This document shows positions 58,282 through 64,000 of a stretch of 64,000 bases of DNA, in pieces; position 1 is the first letter of the stretch, and each line of letters opens with the position of its first letter. The stretch comes from a virus. The notes beneath the pieces were generated by a model that worked only from the letters and a program-made list of their open reading frames with translations, did not search any database and had not been told where the DNA came from. The stretch lies in the IMG/VR virus record IMGVR_UViG_3300011581_000001, positions 344 to 64,343 of that record, one strand, 5' to 3'. The position numbers were made by a program, and so were the translations under genes.

Positions 58282-58366
58282 CCGACTGACCGAACGTTTA
58301 CGTCGTTAAACTGCAACGGCTCGTAATAAATCTATGTGCGACGGCACTCAAACGGAGGTAATAACG

Positions 58367-59092
58367 ATGATTAACGAATTTAAACTTTTATTAACGTTAG
58401 ATATTCAATTCTTTGCGGAAGGTGACACAGAACCAACACATGCTAATCCGAATGAATCTACACCCGAACCACAAGCGGCTGAACCTACGCCAACTGAACC
58501 GCAAGAGAAGTTATTAACGCAAGCAGAGTTTGAAGAAGCGTTAAAGAAACGTTTAGAACGTGAGCGCAAGAAATTTGCTGACTATGACGACATCAAAACG
58601 AAGCTAACTACGTATGAGCAAGCGCAGAAAGAACGTCAAGAAGCGGAAATGACTGAACTTGAAAAGCTACAAGCGAAATTAGCGGAGAAGGAAACAAACG
58701 AGCAAACGCTAGCTCAGCAATTAGCAGAAGTTCAAAAGGCTGCGGAGAGAGAACGTATCCGTAACGAATTTATTAAGGTAGCTACAAGCGCAAACATCGC
58801 TTACATTGACGACGCTATCACACTCGCAGATTTATCCGCGGTAAATATCGACGAGGACGGTAAAGTTGTCGGGGTAGACGACGTTGTAAAAGCGCTTGTT
58901 GAAAATAAACCGTTCCTGGTGGCGCAAAAGAAACAAGCGCAGCCAATCGGAACAGCTACAAATGGTGGTCAACAATCGAATGATAAGCCTGCCGAGCAAA
59001 TTTTAGAAGAACTACGCCAAAAGGCGCGTAAGAGCGGTCGCATTGAGGACCGAGTGGCTTACGACAAAGCACGAAAACAGTATGGGAAGTAG
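58367..59092 (+). CDS. Capsid scaffolding protein
   Basis: LDIQFFAEG, TQ.E......RL.RE, coiled coil, KPFL. Confidence 0.88.
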   Translation: MINEFKLLLTLDIQFFAEGDTEPTHANPNESTPEPQAAEPTPTEPQEKLLTQAEFEEALKKRLERERKKFADYDDIKTKLTTYEQAQKERQEAEMTELEKLQAKLAEKETNEQTLAQQLAEVQKAAERERIRNEFIKVATSANIAYIDDAITLADLSAVNIDEDGKVVGVDDVVKALVENKPFLVAQKKQAQPIGTATNGGQQSNDKPAEQILEELRQKARKSGRIEDRVAYDKARKQYGK

Positions 59093-59119
59093 GACGGGCG
59101 ATTACGCTTAGTCCTTTTT
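59091..59119 (+). terminator. Terminator-like hairpin between scaffold and capsid genes
   Basis: AGGACGGGCG-loop-CGCTTAGTCCT plus T run. Confidence 0.6.
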
Positions 59120-59174
59120 ATATGCGCAAATTTAGCGCAAAAACAAAAACACATATAACGGAGGAATTTAAATT

Positions 59175-60266
59175 ATGGCTATTAATTCAACTTTAATCGT
59201 AGGTAAACGCGAGGACGTAACGGAAAACTTATTACTTTTATCACCACAAGAAGCGCCAATGCTTGACCTTGTAGGATTTGGCGAGGCTACTACGCAAGAC
59301 GAAATCGTATGGTACGAAGATGAAACTTACGCTACAAAAACGACAGCATAAGCGGAAGCATTAGCAGCAGCGACAACTTTAGCGGTTGCTGACGGGTCAA
59401 TTTTCGAAGCTAATACGGTAGTAAAAGCTGGCGAAGAGTTATTAAAAGTTACGGCAGTAGACGGGAACAACTTAACGGTAGAGCGTGGATATGCGGGTAC
59501 AACTGCAGCAACTATCGCTTCGGGCGCTAAAGTAGAGTTCCAATTCGTAGAAGGCGTTGAAGGGGCAAACGCTCGTCAAGCTCGCTTCAAAGCACGTACT
59601 CGTCACTCTAACGTTACTCAAATCTTCGACGGCACTATCACTATCACAGGTACGGCTGCAGCGGTATCTCAACACGGCATCGACGACTTATACGCTTACG
59701 AAAAAGCGAAGAAAGAGAAAGAATTAGCGCTTCAATTAGAAAAAGCGGTAATCAATGGCGTTAAATATACGTCTCCTAACGGCTTAGTTCGTCAAATGGG
59801 TGGTATCCGTCAATTCATCCAAACAAACGTATTAGACGGCGCAGCTGCTGACGTTAATACTGAAATTCTTAACGATGCTTTCCAAGCAATCGCAGAAGCT
59901 ACGGGTCAAAACGTAGGTGCTGGCTACAAAATCGTAGTATCACCGAAACAAAAACGCGCTATCTCTCGTATGGATGCGGACAAAATTAACTTAACTCGTC
60001 AAGATAACGGACGTGGTCAAGTAGTTGACTACTTCGTAGGAGACTTCGGCGAATCAGAAATCGTAGTAAATCCGAACTTAGAAGCTGACGAAATCTTCAT
60101 CGTTGATATCGATCGCGTTAAAATCCGTCCACTACAAACTCGTCAATTCTCTCACGAATATTTAGGCAAAACTGGCGATAACTTCACAGGATCTATCGTT
60201 GGTGAATACACGCTAGAGTTCCACGAAGAAAAAGCTCACGCTCGTATCAAAGGTCTTAAAAAGTAA
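59175..60266 (+). pseudogene. Major capsid protein gene (DUF5309/SU10-like) interrupted by TAA at codon 59
   Basis: GGAGG RBS, MAINSTLIVGKREDV...TKTTA*AEALA...N.TQIF...LEKA.I.G...MGGI...GEYTLE; single stop at 59349-59351, frame continuous with ORF 59796..60266. Confidence 0.88.
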
Positions 60267-60339
60267 TTAGCGAAACGGGACGGTTCATTCCGTCCCTAAC
60301 GCAATTCTAACGGACTAAATACGAAAGGAGCGTAATAAA

Positions 60340-60573
60340 ATGGCGAAATTTACTTCGCGCTATCAAGCGTTAGGCTTTTACGTCAAAGGTGAATTGAAAC
60401 GATTTAGCAACGGCCAATACGTAACTGACGATAAGGACGAAGTTGCCGTATTAAACGGTCTTGCTGACGTAACTAAGGTCTTAGACGAACCTAAGTCGGA
60501 ACCAAAAGAAGAAACAAAAACGGAGGCAAAGCCGGCAACGAAGGCTCCAGCACGTAAAGCCTCCGCAAAATAA
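60340..60573 (+). CDS. Small head-associated protein
   Basis: AAAGGAG RBS; F.NG.Y.T.D motif and Lys/Pro-rich tail; follows capsid. Confidence 0.7.
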   Translation: MAKFTSRYQALGFYVKGELKRFSNGQYVTDDKDEVAVLNGLADVTKVLDEPKSEPKEETKTEAKPATKAPARKASAK

Positions 60574-60607
60574 TAGAGCCTAACGGCGATATAAGGAGGC
60601 ATAACGG

Positions 60608-60994
60608 ATGGAGTGGAACTTGGCGGAAGCTACGGAGTATATCCGTTTAAATGCGGTCGATAACGAGGACTTTCTTGCGAGTGATATCGTAAGTCAAACT
60701 CGCTTTTTAAATGTCGCTGAACGCACTTTAGCACGGAGTTTTAAAGGCGCAGTAATTCCGTTAGAGGCTACGTATTTATTCGCAGCAACTTTAAACGCAA
60801 ATTACAACGATACGACGGTCATGGCACAACGAGGAATCGCCGGATTTAGCCTCGACGGCATTTCGTTTACGTTTAAGGATTGGGCGATGAAGGATTTATC
60901 GGAGTTTATATCGGATGAAGTATCGCACATGATTTACGAAGCGAATCCGGACTTAGACGGAGGCAATGGTCGAGTAAAGTGGGTGACGCTATAA
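60608..60994 (+). CDS. Head-tail adaptor
   Basis: Synteny; GI..FSLDGISFTF motif. Confidence 0.7.
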   Translation: MEWNLAEATEYIRLNAVDNEDFLASDIVSQTRFLNVAERTLARSFKGAVIPLEATYLFAATLNANYNDTTVMAQRGIAGFSLDGISFTFKDWAMKDLSEFISDEVSHMIYEANPDLDGGNGRVKWVTL

Positions 60995-61317
60995 TGCCGT
61001 TAATACCACTGAAACAAAAAGCGTACGTCGAGAAATGGTCGGAAGGAAACGACGACGGTTGGGGTACGGGCGGATACGGGGAGCCTATCGAATATAACGT
61101 AAGAGCGAGCGAAACTATCGAAAAAGTAACGAATGAACTTGGCGAGGAAGTTGTCGCGAGCGTCAAACTGATATTCGATAAGCTACCGGATATCGGCTAT
61201 AACGACCTAATCAGCTATACGAACGAAAACGGAGTAACGATCAAGCGCGAACCAATAACGATTAAGCCTACACGCTTAATCAACGGAAAGCCGACGCTAA
61301 CGTCAATCTACTTATAA
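60994..61317 (+). CDS. Head closure protein
   Basis: TAATG coupling; DDGWG and V.N..GEEVV motifs. Confidence 0.7.
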   Translation: MPLIPLKQKAYVEKWSEGNDDGWGTGGYGEPIEYNVRASETIEKVTNELGEEVVASVKLIFDKLPDIGYNDLISYTNENGVTIKREPITIKPTRLINGKPTLTSIYL

Positions 61318-61328
61318 AGGAGGCGCCT

Positions 61329-61787
61329 ATGGCGAACATAATCGGAGAAATAGATACTATTGGCGATTTACTGGCGGATGTAGGCGTCGACCACGTTTAT
61401 AAGCAAGATTTGCCGAAGATTTACGTCAAGAATACGATAGGTATTCGATGGCAAGGCGAAAATGACGCAGAATTTACGCAAGCAGCATACGGAATCGACC
61501 GTATTTACCAGGTAATATATTTCGGTTCGTCCGAAGTCGATTGCTTAACGAAGATACAGAAAGTCCGGAAGGCTCTAAAGGCGGATACAAAAGTGAAATT
61601 ACGAGGCATTGACGACTATATGACGTTGATGTCTTTTAATTTTGCGCCACCTTTTAAGACGGACACGGACGGAGTATATGCGGTGTCGGGCGTACTCATG
61701 GCGAAAGTCTACGAGGCACGACCACAGACGGAATACACGAAGATGGGCGATATTAACGCCACTATTAATAACGGAGGTAATGAATAA
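61329..61787 (+). CDS. Tail terminator/completion protein
   Basis: Immediately before sheath; AAGGAGG RBS. Confidence 0.65.
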   Translation: MANIIGEIDTIGDLLADVGVDHVYKQDLPKIYVKNTIGIRWQGENDAEFTQAAYGIDRIYQVIYFGSSEVDCLTKIQKVRKALKADTKVKLRGIDDYMTLMSFNFAPPFKTDTDGVYAVSGVLMAKVYEARPQTEYTKMGDINATINNGGNE

Positions 61788-62866
61788 TGGCAAATGGCGG
61801 AACATGGGATTCAACAGCACTGCCAGTACGTCCCGGATTATACATCAATTTTAGAGATGCGGCACTCGCTGCGATTGCTGGCGGAGGTACTGGAACGGTA
61901 GCATTGCCGGTATTTACTTACACTGGCGGAACAGCGGAGTCCGGTAAATTCTATACGGTTGAATCTGTATCAGACGGTATTGCATTAGTCGGCGAAGCAA
62001 ATGCAACGCCAATCACACGCATCTTAGAAGGCGGAGCAAAAGAAGTATTAGTATACGCAGTACCGGCACTAGGGACGGATACAGAAACGGTCCAGTACGC
62101 AAATATGCGCGATGCTTTCTCGGTGCAGGACTTCAACGTATTCGTATATCCGACTGTAATTGCTGACGCAGAGCAGACGGCAACTAAAGCGTGGGTGGCG
62201 AATAGTCGTACGGAAGGCAAGCACTTCTTATACGTAGCCGGCGGAGACTCAACGGATGACGCAGACATCGAATTAGGAAACGCACGAAGCGTTATTTTAA
62301 AAGATGAGTATATCGTCAACTTAGTAACTGGCGTAGTTTTAGCGGACGGTACGGAAGTACAATCGGCAGATTATGCGCCATATATCGCAGGATTTATCGC
62401 AGGAACTCCGATTAATAAATCGATTACTTACGCAGAACTACCGCTTGCTGATGTAACGAAACGTTTGAAAAACAGCGAAGTTGAGGACGCATTAACTAGC
62501 GGTTCATTAGTAATCATCAAAGACGGAAACAAAGTCCGTATCGAGCAAGGTATCACAACGGATTCAGACGCAACAGTTCGCGGTAAAATCCGCAAAACAC
62601 GCGCGAAACAAAAGGTAGCAACGGACATTCCAGCGGCAGCACGCGATAACTATATCGGTAAAATCGACAATAATCCGGCTGGGCAAGCATCTTTAATCGC
62701 GGCAATTAAAGCATATTTAGAGACGTTAGAGAACGATAACGTGCTAATGGACCCGGAAGTAGGATTGGACCCGTTACGTGCAAGCGTAGGCGATAGCGTA
62801 TTCTTAGCGGTTGCTTATACGGAAGTAGACAGCATGGAGCGTATTTTCTTAACGATTACTGTTTAA
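61787..62866 (+). CDS. Tail sheath protein (XkdK-like)
   Basis: MANGGTW....RPGLYINF, SITY, KVRIEQGITT, YIGKI.N, DSMERIF. Confidence 0.92.
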   Translation: MANGGTWDSTALPVRPGLYINFRDAALAAIAGGGTGTVALPVFTYTGGTAESGKFYTVESVSDGIALVGEANATPITRILEGGAKEVLVYAVPALGTDTETVQYANMRDAFSVQDFNVFVYPTVIADAEQTATKAWVANSRTEGKHFLYVAGGDSTDDADIELGNARSVILKDEYIVNLVTGVVLADGTEVQSADYAPYIAGFIAGTPINKSITYAELPLADVTKRLKNSEVEDALTSGSLVIIKDGNKVRIEQGITTDSDATVRGKIRKTRAKQKVATDIPAAARDNYIGKIDNNPAGQASLIAAIKAYLETLENDNVLMDPEVGLDPLRASVGDSVFLAVAYTEVDSMERIFLTITV

Positions 62867-62917
62867 TTTGACGCTTAATTGACGCGAATAGCACAAAACT
62901 AACGGAGGTAGATATAA

Positions 62918-63349
62918 ATGGCGATGAAATCGACAGAAGCATTGAGCGGTACGTTCGGTAAGCTATACGAAAATGGCGAATGGCTTATGAACGTATATGG
63001 CGTCGAGTTGGGCGGAGAAATCAACTATGAGGATGTTAGACGCTCCGGTACTCGCGCTAAAGGTAAAAAAGCGATGGATTACGATTTAACGGGAACAATT
63101 CAGTCGTACCACGTAAACAATAACTTTATTAAACGTATTGCACAAATTTTAGACGATAAGCAGAGCGCTTTCGTAACGGAACTAATCGTTGAAATCGACG
63201 ACCCGGAAAACCCAGTAATGGGAGCGGAGAAAATCCGTGTGAAGAACGTACAATTTACTAATTTACCGATTCTTAGTTACGAACACGGCTCATTAGTCGA
63301 GCAAGAATTGCAGTTCGTTTACGAAGGATTCGAGTATATCGCAGTTTAA
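62918..63349 (+). CDS. Tail tube protein (XkdM-like)
   Basis: SGTFG......GEW, DDP, follows sheath. Confidence 0.9.
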   Translation: MAMKSTEALSGTFGKLYENGEWLMNVYGVELGGEINYEDVRRSGTRAKGKKAMDYDLTGTIQSYHVNNNFIKRIAQILDDKQSAFVTELIVEIDDPENPVMGAEKIRVKNVQFTNLPILSYEHGSLVEQELQFVYEGFEYIAV

Positions 63350-63361
63350 GTAACGCAAATA

Positions 63362-63392
63362 TGACGCAAGGGCTTCGGCTCTTAGCGTCTTT
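63362..63392 (+). terminator. Terminator after the tube gene
   Basis: GACGCAAGGGC-TTCG-GCTCTTAGCGTC plus T run. Confidence 0.75.
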
Positions 63393-63431
63393 TAATTCGA
63401 AAATAAACTCAAATAACGGAGGTTTTTATAT

Positions 63432-63827
63432 ATGGACGCATTACAAGCGCTATTAGGCGCAAAGCCAGTCGCGGAGATTACCGAGGAAATTATGGTTAAA
63501 CGCTTAAACTCGCCATTTACGATTAAGGCGTTATCGGGCGATGACATCGATAGTATTCGCGAGCAAGCGACTAAAGTTGTTCCGGTCGGCAAGAAGAAAG
63601 AACTGCAAGTAGACGAAAAGGAAGTCGCTAGATTGCTCGTAGCAAAAGCGGTAGTAAAGCCGGACTTCAACGACGCTGCCCTAAAGAAACACTATGGAGC
63701 GGTAGACGCAAGTGAGTGTGTACAAAAGGCGCTATTAGCCGGTGAAATTGCGAAGTTACAAAGCGCAATCTTTGAGTTATCGGGATTCGGCGACGAGGAC
63801 GAAGCGATCGAAGAAGTAAAAAACTAA
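63432..63827 (+). CDS. Tail assembly chaperone (XkdN-like)
   Basis: F.IKALS, V.PDF, LLAGE...L.....LSGF, ends EEVKN. Confidence 0.88.
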   Translation: MDALQALLGAKPVAEITEEIMVKRLNSPFTIKALSGDDIDSIREQATKVVPVGKKKELQVDEKEVARLLVAKAVVKPDFNDAALKKHYGAVDASECVQKALLAGEIAKLQSAIFELSGFGDEDEAIEEVKN

Positions 63828-64000
63828 TTCTCGCGGGCGGTGAGGCGCTCTTACTGCACCGCATATTCCAGGAACACGACATCCCGCCGGACGAGGTTTA
63901 TGCAAAAGATATACGCCATCGCCGCTTTATGTATGCTTCCGAAATGATCGCAATGGAAGCGGAAGAAGAGGAGCGCAAGCGTATGGAGAGTCAGCGGAAG
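63818..64000 (+). other. -1 ribosomal frameshift site A AAA AAC and extended chaperone frame (partial)
   Basis: Slippery heptamer 63818-63824 just before the stop; -1 frame LILAGGEALLLHRIFQEHDIPPDEVY... is open to the window end. Confidence 0.8.

Larger units (their letters stand above)
1..64000. mobile_element. Near-complete temperate myovirus-type phage-plasmid of a spore-forming Bacillales host
   Basis: Head, tail sheath/tube, baseplate, lysis and replication modules plus ParM/ParR and plasmid-type Rep; no host chromosomal genes or att junction visible; gene order continues from window end to window start. Confidence 0.92.

Noticed and set aside
59349-59351. Genome-wide stop-codon reassignment
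   Set aside because: TAA, TAG and TGA all end well-defined genes elsewhere and no suppressor tRNA was recognised
1-64000. tRNA genes, reverse transcriptase or diversity-generating retroelement
   Set aside because: No cloverleaf, RT motif or template/variable repeat pair recognised by eye; a tRNAscan/Infernal run would be needed to exclude them fully

Overview
The window is almost the whole genome of a temperate, contractile-tailed Bacillales phage that appears to persist as a plasmid (phage-plasmid). It starts in the tail operon and ends at the tail assembly chaperone, so the molecule is probably circular with a short gap. Order: tail/baseplate (PBSX Xkd-like), beta-helix tail spike, lysis, a reverse-strand VirB2-like/VirB4-VirD4-like ATPase operon, ParM/ParR partition and a plasmid-type Rep with DnaA boxes, repressor region, lytic replication (DnaC-like loader, DnaB-like helicase, primase, SSB, PolA, clamp-like protein), nucleotide metabolism (nrdIEF with a group I intron in nrdE, dut, thyX, phoH), an orphan methyltransferase, a RepL-like gene, terminase, tyrosine recombinase, head and tail genes. 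Most notable: the pilin/ATPase operon has a sigmaE/sigmaK-type (mother-cell) promoter and, nested antisense within it, an unannotated 22-aa membrane peptide behind a consensus sigmaF (forespore) promoter, suggesting a compartment-specific sporulation inheritance system. Also notable: an in-frame TAA in the major capsid gene, a 12-bp inverted repeat bracketing the foreign tail-spike domain, a three-copy phage-specific promoter and a candidate counter-transcript RNA over the rep leader. All family assignments are from motif recognition and synteny, not database searches.
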